Virus record (IMG/VR): IMGVR_UViG_3300044653_000021
Location: 1-51,150 of that record
Source of the DNA: a virus
Taxonomy: Duplodnaviria > Caudoviricetes
DNA length: 51,150 nt
Direction: 5' to 3' (one strand)
Made by a program: the position numbers and the translations under genes. The notes under the pieces were generated by a model. That model worked only from the letters and a program-made list of their open reading frames with translations. It did not search any database and was not told where the DNA came from. Positions 18,369-26,476 of this stretch are shown in pieces (position 1 is the stretch's first letter; each line of letters begins with the position of its first letter).

Positions 18369-18511
18369 TGTCAACAAGACAACAAGGTCGTCATAATAAG
18401 ACTACTTCAGTATGTCCACACTGCAAACAAATAGTACGATCATTACCACGACATATGCGACGTAAACATTCGGAAAAAGTAAAGAAGTTCTTTGGTTATA
18501 ATAAGGTTTAA
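18368..18511 (+). CDS. small C2H2 zinc-finger protein (47 aa)
   Basis: read by eye: CPHCKQIVRSLPRHMRRKH; AAGGAG RBS; coupled by TAATG overlap. Confidence 0.65.
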   Translation: MSTRQQGRHNKTTSVCPHCKQIVRSLPRHMRRKHSEKVKKFFGYNKV

Positions 18512-18790
18512 TAACCCCAAAAAACTCGACCCTAGTGGTGCTTATCCTCATAGAACCACCACTAGTGGTCTTGTTGGGGGTTTTAGTGAGCAATTTAGGT
18601 CTTATAATGAGAGTTATAAAGTGCCTAGAGCATAGTATTGCTTCTTTGTGACTCTAGAAAAGTGATCTTGTGAATAGATTACTTCTTTAGATTCATAGAG
18701 ATAGGTTTTCTTAGAGAGAAACAAGCTGCGATCTGACTCTGACCCCTTTTTGCCTAGGGTCGGGAAATCGTAGGTGAGCTGTTCTGAGGT
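18512..18790 (+). other. non-coding array of long imperfect hairpins (structured RNA or origin element)
   Basis: stems 18532-40/18557-65, 18588-94/18637-43, 18643-68/18676-18701 and 18737-45/18757-64, several with G-U pairs on the plus strand. Confidence 0.5.
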
Positions 18791-19001
18791 ATTTTGTTAG
18801 TGATTTGATTAATTATTATTTCTTGATATATATTTTTTCATTTAATAAAATTAATCATTCCATTAATATCAAATCCATCGGGTACCCACATTCGATTTCG
18901 AGCACCTTTGAAAATAGGGTACAGAGCCAGTTCTCAGCGCGTTTCTCTGTGGGGATGGTTAACCCTTTTGTTTCCTATACTTTACACAGAGCAAAATTCA
19001 C

Positions 19002-19031
19002 TTGACAGGAGCCACAGCGTAGTCATACACT
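19002..19031 (+). promoter_or_regulatory. sigma70-like promoter
   Basis: TTGACA-18 nt-TACACT upstream of the HNH gene. Confidence 0.5.
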
Positions 19032-19069
19032 GCTCTAGGCACCTTACGCCTCTGGTGAGATTATACAAA

Positions 19070-19477
19070 ATGCCTCAAATGTCAGTGAATACGGAGATTG
19101 TTAAAACAAATCGTCTTAAAGTAAACTACCGTATGCTTGCGGTAATGATGCTTGGTACTGCCTGTGTACAGTGTGGATACTTTGACGATATTCGAGCACT
19201 TGAGTTAGATCATATATTCGATGATGGTAAGATCGAACGTTCTGCATTTTCACCTAGAGTAATACAAAAAATGATCTGTGACGCATTCAAATATCGAGCA
19301 CATGATGCTATTCGAGAGATTCGTTATCGTTATCAAGTTCTTTGTGGTAACTGCCACAATATTAAGACATACGAAAATAATGCCAATAATATATTGGTAC
19401 AGGCATCAAACATGGGTTGTATTCAGCATGTACGTTCCATTATGGAATCTGTACAGTGTATGAAAGAGTGGAATTAA
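19070..19477 (+). CDS. HNH endonuclease
   Basis: CVQCG..D.RALELDHI...YQVLCGNCHNIKT; start moved to MPQMS downstream of the promoter. Confidence 0.8.
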   Translation: MPQMSVNTEIVKTNRLKVNYRMLAVMMLGTACVQCGYFDDIRALELDHIFDDGKIERSAFSPRVIQKMICDAFKYRAHDAIREIRYRYQVLCGNCHNIKTYENNANNILVQASNMGCIQHVRSIMESVQCMKEWN

Positions 19478-19977
19478 TGCCAATTTATCACAAGATTTGC
19501 ATTATTTGTCAACATAAGTTTAAGGCTCTTAGACTTAATCGGCTTTACTGTTCCAAGGCATGTAGTAATCGTACTAGATATCTGCCACAGGAATTAGTAG
19601 AGAGCCTTATACAAAGAAATGCAATGTATACATTAAAAGCAACAGGATATGTTGCTATGGTGACAGATAAGGAAGGATATGCTACTACTGTAGATGCCTC
19701 TGCGGAGAGCATAACAGAAGAGCATCCTTTAGGAAAAGAAGAAGGATTACTTATTGCTGCTGCATTAGTAGCAAAAGACGAACGAGAAGCAGAAAATAGA
19801 AGAAAACAGAAGGAAATTGAGGATAAAAAGCTACAAGAACAAGAACAACAAAAATCCTTAGAGAGTAACTCGGGATTTTCTACAGTTAATGAAGATGATG
19901 TTAATCTCATTAACAAAGTACGAAAGCCACCACAAAATACGCTACAGAAATACAAAATTCGTCCGATAGGAGGATAA
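19477..19977 (+). CDS. zinc-finger protein with a coiled-coil C-terminus
   Basis: CIICQHKF...YCSKAC; start moved to MPIYH (TAATG coupling). Confidence 0.6.
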   Translation: MPIYHKICIICQHKFKALRLNRLYCSKACSNRTRYLPQELVESLIQRNAMYTLKATGYVAMVTDKEGYATTVDASAESITEEHPLGKEEGLLIAAALVAKDEREAENRRKQKEIEDKKLQEQEQQKSLESNSGFSTVNEDDVNLINKVRKPPQNTLQKYKIRPIGG

Positions 19978-19981
19978 AGTC

Positions 19982-20137
19982 ATGTCCGTTCAATGGGGCA
20001 GTATGAAAATAATTCCACTGCAAACATCTTCTCTTACGAAGAAAAAGATTCTAAAAGGCTTCGTAAATGCTATTATCTGGCAAGCCGTGATGTTTGTTGT
20101 TATTTGGTTCGTTGTAGAATATTCTAGTTTAAGGTAA
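19982..20137 (+). CDS. small membrane protein (51 aa)
   Basis: read by eye; AGGAGG RBS; hydrophobic AIIWQAVMFVVIWFVV. Confidence 0.5.
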   Translation: MSVQWGSMKIIPLQTSSLTKKKILKGFVNAIIWQAVMFVVIWFVVEYSSLR

Positions 20138-20156
20138 AAGACAAGGAGAAAAATAA

Positions 20157-20360
20157 ATGAAGAAAAAAAGATTATCTACATCTCCTGAATGGGGTACAGA
20201 GAAACATTTAGTACATTTTAGTTTTACGTTATCAGAAAAAGATAGTGTAGAACTTAAAAGATTAGTAAAAAAAGCAAACAGAACAAGATGTCAGTATTTG
20301 AGATTTATAGTACAATCTTGGATTCAAGAACAACTTTGGCTTGATAGTTATCATCAATAA
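20157..20360 (+). CDS. ribbon-helix-helix DNA-binding protein
   Basis: HFSFTLSE...LKRLVKK.NRTRCQYLRFIV CopG/Arc-like pattern. Confidence 0.65.
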   Translation: MKKKRLSTSPEWGTEKHLVHFSFTLSEKDSVELKRLVKKANRTRCQYLRFIVQSWIQEQLWLDSYHQ

Positions 20361-20433
20361 ATTCCCTACAAGGGCCGCTAGGCCGTACGGGCGGGATAGC
20401 TATCATTACTATTATTTTACAATGGATTGACTA

Positions 20434-20841
20434 ATGCTTTCACAACTAAAACTCCTTGTTAATATCCTCCGAGATATTGATAGTAATCCATCACAGAGTA
20501 TGATGTTTTATACTGGCGGTTCGTATAAACAACATCTAAGTAACCCAAACTCCAGCCCACCACCGAGTCCGGATTGTAGATGGATACTAATCGTAGAGGC
20601 CCTACAACACATAGACACCAGCAATCCAGATGCTACCAGAGATATTAGTCACAAAGAAGATCACCATGAAGTTCTACGAAAGTTAAACGCTGGCTGGCAA
20701 GAGACACAGCATCTTTGTTGGCATTCACATGATCATCATTTTCATATAAACTTTCACCAATATGTGTTATGTCCCGTGACGTGTTTGTATGAGATAATTG
20801 AGTATCTTGAGAAAGTGATAAAGGAGAAATATATTGTATGA
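20434..20841 (+). CDS. hypothetical His-rich protein
   Basis: 135 aa ORF. Confidence 0.5.
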   Translation: MLSQLKLLVNILRDIDSNPSQSMMFYTGGSYKQHLSNPNSSPPPSPDCRWILIVEALQHIDTSNPDATRDISHKEDHHEVLRKLNAGWQETQHLCWHSHDHHFHINFHQYVLCPVTCLYEIIEYLEKVIKEKYIV

Positions 20842-21068
20842 GTGATTATGGATTTAATACAAACAACAAACCATCTACAAATACGCCCTTACTAAAGGAA
20901 CGAAACATCCTCATCTGTACTAATCGCTTCTGCCACAATGTACATGAGTACGCTATTAACACAGTAGACCAAAACAACAATCCCCTTGAGTTCTGTCCAG
21001 ATTGTAAGAAACGTCTCGGGAAGAGTATTAGTCAAGAACAACCACATTTTGTATTGACGGGAGCCTAA
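20838..21068 (+). CDS. small zinc-ribbon protein
   Basis: CTNRFC...FCPDC; AAGGAG RBS. Confidence 0.55.
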   Translation: MSDYGFNTNNKPSTNTPLLKERNILICTNRFCHNVHEYAINTVDQNNNPLEFCPDCKKRLGKSISQEQPHFVLTGA

Positions 21069-21368
21069 ATGCCAACAGACTACAGTATAATGAAGAATCG
21101 TTCTGACTTAACAGACAAGCTAATTAAGTCTCACTTTACAAATACTGAAATTACACATATCTGTATTCGCTTGTTTGCTTATATGGAAACAACCACCACC
21201 CACCCAGACAGGCGGACATTTTGGGAGTATGTAGAAAAAATAATTTCAGAAAAAGAGTGTACTCAATTATCCTTGCAAACTCCTGAAAATCAATCAGTTA
21301 TATACCCTGATTTTACCACACCGGGAATAGTCTCAAAGATTCTCCTTGACAATCCCAAAGCCATCTGA
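21069..21368 (+). CDS. hypothetical protein
   Basis: 99 aa ORF with GGAG RBS. Confidence 0.5.
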   Translation: MPTDYSIMKNRSDLTDKLIKSHFTNTEITHICIRLFAYMETTTTHPDRRTFWEYVEKIISEKECTQLSLQTPENQSVIYPDFTTPGIVSKILLDNPKAI

Positions 21369-21374
21369 TAATCT
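21346..21374 (+). promoter_or_regulatory. sigma70-like promoter
   Basis: TTGACA-17 nt-TAATCT with extended -10 TGn. Confidence 0.65.
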
Positions 21375-21481
21375 AGTCTTGTCTTTGGGGAAAGACATAA
21401 ATCCTCCCGCTGGCCGCGACGGAATAAATCGCGGCACTTTTCAGAGTACCCTGAACAACAGGATATTCTGAAAGGTCTAAC

Positions 21482-21898
21482 ATGATAACACTTGAAAGAC
21501 TAAAAGAATTTAATATGACTCCACAATATATGGCGGGATTGTTTGATGGTGAGGGAAGTGTAGGAGTTCATTTACAGAAAAAGAAAAATTATCTCATACT
21601 GAGAATGACTTTAACACAGAAAGATCCAACTATTCTATATTTTATAGCAGGTAAATTTCCTGTTGATAGAATATTTATGAATAATATAGTTAATCATGTA
21701 TATCAAGCAGAATGGAGAAATGAAAAAGCTCTTGATCTACTTAATTATATTAAAAATGATTGTATTATAAAATACAATCAAGTTCAAATGGCTTTAAAGT
21801 TCATTAGTATCTACAGATCACATACTCAAGTAGATAATGATGAAAAGTGGTTACTACGTGAAACTTTAAAAAAAGAAAAAGAAGTAAATATACATTAA
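21482..21898 (+). CDS. LAGLIDADG homing endonuclease (single motif, free-standing)
   Basis: YMAGLFDGEGSV motif, LTQKD, C-terminal IIKYNQ; lower GC than its neighbour. Confidence 0.85.
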   Translation: MITLERLKEFNMTPQYMAGLFDGEGSVGVHLQKKKNYLILRMTLTQKDPTILYFIAGKFPVDRIFMNNIVNHVYQAEWRNEKALDLLNYIKNDCIIKYNQVQMALKFISIYRSHTQVDNDEKWLLRETLKKEKEVNIH

Positions 21899-21921
21899 AC
21901 TAAAAAGGAGCAACAAATAAT

Positions 21922-22509
21922 ATGTCTACCGCCACACAAACACCAACCCAACCACTAACCCGTACTGAAACTTTTGATATTGCTTATGGTCTTAAGACCA
22001 AGACCGACAAGGATGGTAATCCTGTCCTTGAAAATGGTAAGCCCGTAACGGAAGCAGAAATGCTTACGGATGTAAAGAAAGCAGAAGAACTAAGCGAAAA
22101 GAATTTGTTTGCTGGTACTACTATTCAAGTCCGTACTGATTATCCTTCAAGCTGGGATGGATTACTTGCCTTTGCTGAGAAGGAATGGAAAAATGAAGAT
22201 GGTAGTGTCCGTCCGGCAGAGGATGTGAAGGCAGAAATTGTTAAACTCTTTAACAATGGTGCCAGTGGCAAGGTAATGAACCGTCTCCGGGCTATTGCTA
22301 CGAAGCAGGATGAAAAGGGTAATTTCGTCCTCACTGGTGATGTTCTTGATCTTACTAACGAGATTACCAGTGGTAGCAAGCGAGTGTTCTTGACTGAGGA
22401 ACAAAAGGCTTGGAAGTCTTTGTCTAATCTTCCGGCGGCTATTAAGGATAGTATGTGGAAGGCGTATTTGTCTGCCACCGGGAAAGATTATTACGTTCCG
22501 GTGGAGTAA
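21922..22509 (+). CDS. hypothetical protein, probably highly expressed
   Basis: 195 aa, AAGGAG RBS, promoter upstream and terminator downstream. Confidence 0.7.
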   Translation: MSTATQTPTQPLTRTETFDIAYGLKTKTDKDGNPVLENGKPVTEAEMLTDVKKAEELSEKNLFAGTTIQVRTDYPSSWDGLLAFAEKEWKNEDGSVRPAEDVKAEIVKLFNNGASGKVMNRLRAIATKQDEKGNFVLTGDVLDLTNEITSGSKRVFLTEEQKAWKSLSNLPAAIKDSMWKAYLSATGKDYYVPVE

Positions 22510-22578
22510 TTGAGATTGTAGGTTTACCATATAATCAAGATCACTAGAGTATATGTGATCTTTCCTATAATGTTGTAC

Positions 22579-22612
22579 AGGGTACATATAGCAATATATG
22601 TACCCTTTTTTA
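22579..22612 (+). terminator. intrinsic terminator
   Basis: agggtacatata-gcaa-tatatgtaccct followed by a T-run. Confidence 0.85.
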
Positions 22613-22639
22613 TTTTACAAAAACAAAGGAGAAAAGAAC

Positions 22640-22822
22640 ATGGCCAAAGCACTATCCGCAGTTGCTAAACTAGCAGCTAATGCAATTAACGAATTACAAC
22701 GTAATCCATTGTTTGATCGTATCGTGTTACATGATAAGAAGATTAATTACACCGCTATCGCTTATCATGGAGATAGGTGTGATGGAACGGATATTGTGGT
22801 ATTGAAAAATAATAATTGTTAG
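22640..22822 (+). CDS. hypothetical protein
   Basis: start moved to MAKALS (AAGGAG RBS). Confidence 0.55.
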   Translation: MAKALSAVAKLAANAINELQRNPLFDRIVLHDKKINYTAIAYHGDRCDGTDIVVLKNNNC

Positions 22823-22895
22823 CATTTCTTGTATGGTATAAGATATATGGAAATCCATAGGTGCTTCTATGGCTTTCTACATATCCTATAACTTA

Positions 22896-22958
22896 TTGAA
22901 AACAAAGCAGATATTCTTAGATATTCCTGTAGACAACTTTCCAGATTTTCTCTAAACT
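22896..22958 (+). promoter_or_regulatory. TTGAAAACAAAG box (IHF-site-like) followed by a promoter
   Basis: box at 22896-22907; TAGACA-17 nt-TAAACT from 22930. Confidence 0.5.
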
Positions 22959-22983
22959 CAAAAGATTGGAGTGTGTGTTCTTT

Positions 22984-23526
22984 ATGCCCTACCGACGACG
23001 CCCATCATGGCTAGATTCTTCTCCTACTACTACAAAAGTCTCTATCCACTGGTCTAGTAAATCCAGTGCCTTTGCTATTAAATTCTCCGATACAAAGAAC
23101 TGGAATCAGATGCAGATACTTATTCAGTATCTTAAGAATATTCCCTACGGAGAACGAGACTATGATCCAGAAACTAAAGTTTGGTTCCTAATCGAGAAAT
23201 ATATCGAACCATTTAAGGAAATGGTTTCATTAATGAACCAATTCTTTTCTCTCGATTTCACGCCAAAACCGACAGAGCAAACAAACCAAGCCGTGTTTAT
23301 TCCTGTTGATGTATATCTCGATAAATTCAAAAATTTAACCGGACATGATATTAAAGGTATTGAATATCCCGTAGCCAGAAAACAATATCTACGATGGTTA
23401 ATGATTAACCACCCGGACAAGAAACCGGAGAATCATATTCTTGTCCGTGATGTAAATGAATGTTGGTCGGCTCTTGAATTAAATTATTTTAAAACGAAAA
23501 AGGAGACGGAGTATGCTAGTACTTAA
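22984..23526 (+). CDS. J-domain (HPD) co-chaperone fused to an N-terminal HARP-like domain
   Basis: ARKQYLRWLMIN-HPD-KKP...VRDVNECWSAL fits J-domain helices II-III; RDYDPETKVW resembles the HARP motif. Confidence 0.65.
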   Translation: MPYRRRPSWLDSSPTTTKVSIHWSSKSSAFAIKFSDTKNWNQMQILIQYLKNIPYGERDYDPETKVWFLIEKYIEPFKEMVSLMNQFFSLDFTPKPTEQTNQAVFIPVDVYLDKFKNLTGHDIKGIEYPVARKQYLRWLMINHPDKKPENHILVRDVNECWSALELNYFKTKKETEYAST

Positions 23527-23698
23527 AATAACAAAGAGAAATTTTGATAAAGCAATAAAATTATCAAAAAAGAAAATTATGATTTTATCTAAATGGCCAA
23601 AGGAATTTTCAAACAAATATTATAATGCAAAAACCAGAAAACAACGTGCTATTATAGTAGGAAAAGTTATTGATGCTTATATAAAAGGTGACTTTTAA
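23513..23698 (+). CDS. small basic hypothetical protein
   Basis: 61 aa, GGAG RBS. Confidence 0.45.
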   Translation: MLVLKITKRNFDKAIKLSKKKIMILSKWPKEFSNKYYNAKTRKQRAIIVGKVIDAYIKGDF

Positions 23699-23699
23699 T

Positions 23700-23882
23700 A
23701 TGCGAATTGACCTACATAACCTTCCCTACTCTCCTCCATATGAATATTGGTGTTATAATTGTGGTACTTGTAATTTATGTTTCTGTGTCACAGATAATTG
23801 TTTAGGTTGTGGTAGTGATAAAATTATAAAAGATGAATTAGGTGGATTAGATTTAGACAAATTAAGGAGCGAATACGAATGA
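23700..23882 (+). CDS. small zinc-ribbon protein
   Basis: CYNCG...CLGCGS. Confidence 0.55.
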   Translation: MRIDLHNLPYSPPYEYWCYNCGTCNLCFCVTDNCLGCGSDKIIKDELGGLDLDKLRSEYE

Positions 23883-24604
23883 CAGAATCAACAAACTTAA
23901 CAGTAAAACCTAAGATATCTCTAGGCTTCAAAAAAGGTATCGCCGCTGTTCGTGAGCAAACAGAACAAAAATTAAAAGAACTAGATCCAAAAACAGTCCC
24001 CAATCGTTTAGGTATTGTCTTTGATGACAGTGGCAGTATGAGCGGTGAAGCCATTACCAATGCTCACAGTGCTGTGAAAAACTTCACAGCATCCTGTGAC
24101 TTCAATACCACTAGTATCTGCCTCTACCCGCTTAACATTGACCCTAAACCATTAACCGTAGACTACGATTTGCTTAATCTCTTTGTACTTGGGATAAAGG
24201 CAGGTGGAGGAACGCCTTTGTATGGTAAGTTAGACTTGATGATAACCAACGAGTCTATTACAAGAGGAGTAGTTTTCAGCGATGGTAGTCCGACAGGTAG
24301 TAAGTTAATTGGTCATAGCGAAAGCTGGGATAGTAAACCAACGGATTTTGCTATTGGCGTTATTAAGAAATATCAAGAAAAAGAGATTCCAATAGATACA
24401 ATTTTTATTGGTGAAGCCTACGATAACACTAGTGGTGGTTATGCAGAAATGAAGAAAATTGCAGAAATGACTGGCGGGACATTTATTCATTTCAAAGATA
24501 GTCAAAGTCTTAGTAGTGGCCTAAAGTATCTATCCCCGCGATATAGAGCATTGTTGAGTAATCCGGAAATAAAAGAAAGAATACAGAGAGGAGAAACAAT
24601 ATGA
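23879..24604 (+). CDS. von Willebrand factor A (vWA) domain protein
   Basis: MIDAS DDSGSM, GGGTPL, VFSDGSP, IDTIFIG and IAEMTGGTF motifs. Confidence 0.85.
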   Translation: MTESTNLTVKPKISLGFKKGIAAVREQTEQKLKELDPKTVPNRLGIVFDDSGSMSGEAITNAHSAVKNFTASCDFNTTSICLYPLNIDPKPLTVDYDLLNLFVLGIKAGGGTPLYGKLDLMITNESITRGVVFSDGSPTGSKLIGHSESWDSKPTDFAIGVIKKYQEKEIPIDTIFIGEAYDNTSGGYAEMKKIAEMTGGTFIHFKDSQSLSSGLKYLSPRYRALLSNPEIKERIQRGETI

Positions 24605-24753
24605 ATCCAGTAGATGAAATCAACGACAATATCCCCTGTCCCGAATGTGGGCAAGATCCATGTATTTGTGATATAATCGAAGTTGATTATTTTATCGATG
24701 ATGAAGATTTCTACACAGACGACGAAGAATCCGAGGATGAAATTATCCCATGA
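24601..24753 (+). CDS. small, very acidic Cys-motif protein (50 aa)
   Basis: read by eye: CPECGQDPCIC followed by a D/E-rich tail; ATGA-coupled to both neighbours. Confidence 0.65.
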   Translation: MNPVDEINDNIPCPECGQDPCICDIIEVDYFIDDEDFYTDDEESEDEIIP

Positions 24754-25883
24754 CAGAATCCTATACACCAGAACAAACAACCAACACTTTGGCTCTTGTC
24801 CGTAAACTAATCGGTCTTGGCATCCAAGCCAAGCCTATTGGTGTAGAACAAGGGCCAGTAGTAACGGCATATTTCTTTGAACTCGACCAAGGGGAAAGTC
24901 TTAGTAAATTTCTCAAACGTAGTGAGGACTTTGCCCTTTCCTTGGGAGTGGACAAAGTAATTACACAACGAATAAAGGACAAAGTAGTAATCTTTATCCC
25001 AAATAAAGAACGAAAAATTGTAGATTTTAAGGATGTTCTCTATTGGTACATGAACGATGAAAAAGTAAAAGAAATGGAAATCCCTGTACCACTAGGAGTA
25101 GACTTTCATGGTAATAAGAGTGCTTTTGATCTTGCAGCTTGTCCTCATGTACTTCTTACTGGTAGTACGGGCTCCGGAAAGAGTGTCTATGAAGCAGCTA
25201 TATTATCGAGTCTTGGGTACTACTTTAATCCTAGTGAACTTAATATGTATTTGGTTGACACTAAAAAATTAGATTTACCTTTATTTAAGACCCTGCCACA
25301 TGTTTTAGATGTGGCAGATGACTTGGACAAATTTCACAATATGATTAACACAATCATGTTAGAAATTCGTCGTCGGAATAGTATGTTACAAAATGCACAG
25401 GTACGGAATATTCAATCTTATCATAAAATGATGGGTGGGAAAGAAAGCCTTCCATATATTATTCTTATGTTAGATGAATTCGGTTATCTTATTAAATTAG
25501 ACGAAGAAGCTCGTAAGGAGGATAAAGAGAAATATGAAGATATTCCTAGGGTTATGTCCAGAATCCAGACTGCCGCGGGCATTGCCAGAGCAGCAGGAGT
25601 TCATATTATCGCCTGTACTCAAAGAGCAGATGTTAAAGTTATTAACGGAACCATAAAAACAAACTTGCCTTGCCGCATCGCACTTAGATGTACAAGTAGG
25701 GTTGATTCTCAAACTATTCTTGACACCGGAGGAGCTGAGAATCTTCTTGGAAAAGGAGATATGTTAGTAAAATATCCAGAAAACGACATATTAGTAAGAT
25801 ATCATGGTCCTTACGTAGACATGGCAGATATACAACAACTAACAATGAATTATGATATGATTAAGGGGAGTATGAGGAGTTAA
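24750..25883 (+). CDS. ftsK: FtsK/SpoIIIE motor-domain protein (alpha and beta domains only)
   Basis: GPVVT.Y alpha-domain motif, PHVLLTGSTGSGKS, LMLDEF, ARAAGVHIIACTQR, GAENLLGKGDML. Confidence 0.9.
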   Translation: MTESYTPEQTTNTLALVRKLIGLGIQAKPIGVEQGPVVTAYFFELDQGESLSKFLKRSEDFALSLGVDKVITQRIKDKVVIFIPNKERKIVDFKDVLYWYMNDEKVKEMEIPVPLGVDFHGNKSAFDLAACPHVLLTGSTGSGKSVYEAAILSSLGYYFNPSELNMYLVDTKKLDLPLFKTLPHVLDVADDLDKFHNMINTIMLEIRRRNSMLQNAQVRNIQSYHKMMGGKESLPYIILMLDEFGYLIKLDEEARKEDKEKYEDIPRVMSRIQTAAGIARAAGVHIIACTQRADVKVINGTIKTNLPCRIALRCTSRVDSQTILDTGGAENLLGKGDMLVKYPENDILVRYHGPYVDMADIQQLTMNYDMIKGSMRS

Positions 25884-25884
25884 T

Positions 25885-26082
25885 ATGGATATAAAAGGTA
25901 AAAGTATGATTGTAAGAAACTCTCAAATAATTCAGTTTTATATAGAAATTGAGTCTGCTCATCGTTATGAATTTTTAGAAGAACTATTACATAAATTAGG
26001 TTATGCTTATTATCTTCCACCTGCACGAGATAAATTACCAAAAACACTTGAAGAAATTGAATGTCTTTTAGAGGATAAATGA
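25885..26082 (+). CDS. hypothetical protein
   Basis: 65 aa, GAGGAG RBS. Confidence 0.5.
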   Translation: MDIKGKSMIVRNSQIIQFYIEIESAHRYEFLEELLHKLGYAYYLPPARDKLPKTLEEIECLLEDK

Positions 26083-26340
26083 AATACATAATGCTCCAAC
26101 ATCGCCAAAATAAGAACAAAGTCCCAATAATCTTCCCTAACCACCTAGTACACATTACTGTCTGGGACACACTCTGTCTTTCCCCCTGAATTTGGCCTAC
26201 AATACGACTGCATTTCTGCTGGTGAATGTACTATAACCTGCACCGCTGTCCACGGTAATAGCACCACACTCAATCTAACTTTCGCTGATGGTGACAGTGC
26301 TGTAATAGATATGATGGATTACTTACATGGTTTAGAGTAA
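26079..26340 (+). CDS. small protein split by a +1 frameshift at CCC-TGA (programmed frameshift, pseudogene or homopolymer error)
   Basis: frame 0 MKYIMLQ...PIIFPNHLVH...LSP* ends at 26189; the +1 frame continues PEFGLQYDCISAGEC...HGNSTTLNL...DYLHGLE* to 26340. Confidence 0.55.
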
Positions 26341-26415
26341 TTATTCTCGTTTTAGTACTTGTCTAGTCCATCGGGTGAAACCCGTATGCCATCTGAAGAA
26401 ATCTTGTGCAAAGTG

Positions 26416-26469
26416 TTGAAAACAAAGGACATTCCCCGCTTGCGTCGTCTAGGGGTACTCCTGTAACCT
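26416..26469 (+). promoter_or_regulatory. TTGAAAACAAAG box followed by a promoter for the candidate ncRNA
   Basis: box at 26416-27; TTGCGT-18 nt-TAACCT from 26440. Confidence 0.45.
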
Positions 26470-26476
26470 TAGTCAA

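Noticed and set aside
21375-21921. Group I intron around the LAGLIDADG ORF
   Set aside because: No interrupted host gene, no recognisable P7 core, and only ~20 nt between the ORF stop and the next gene.
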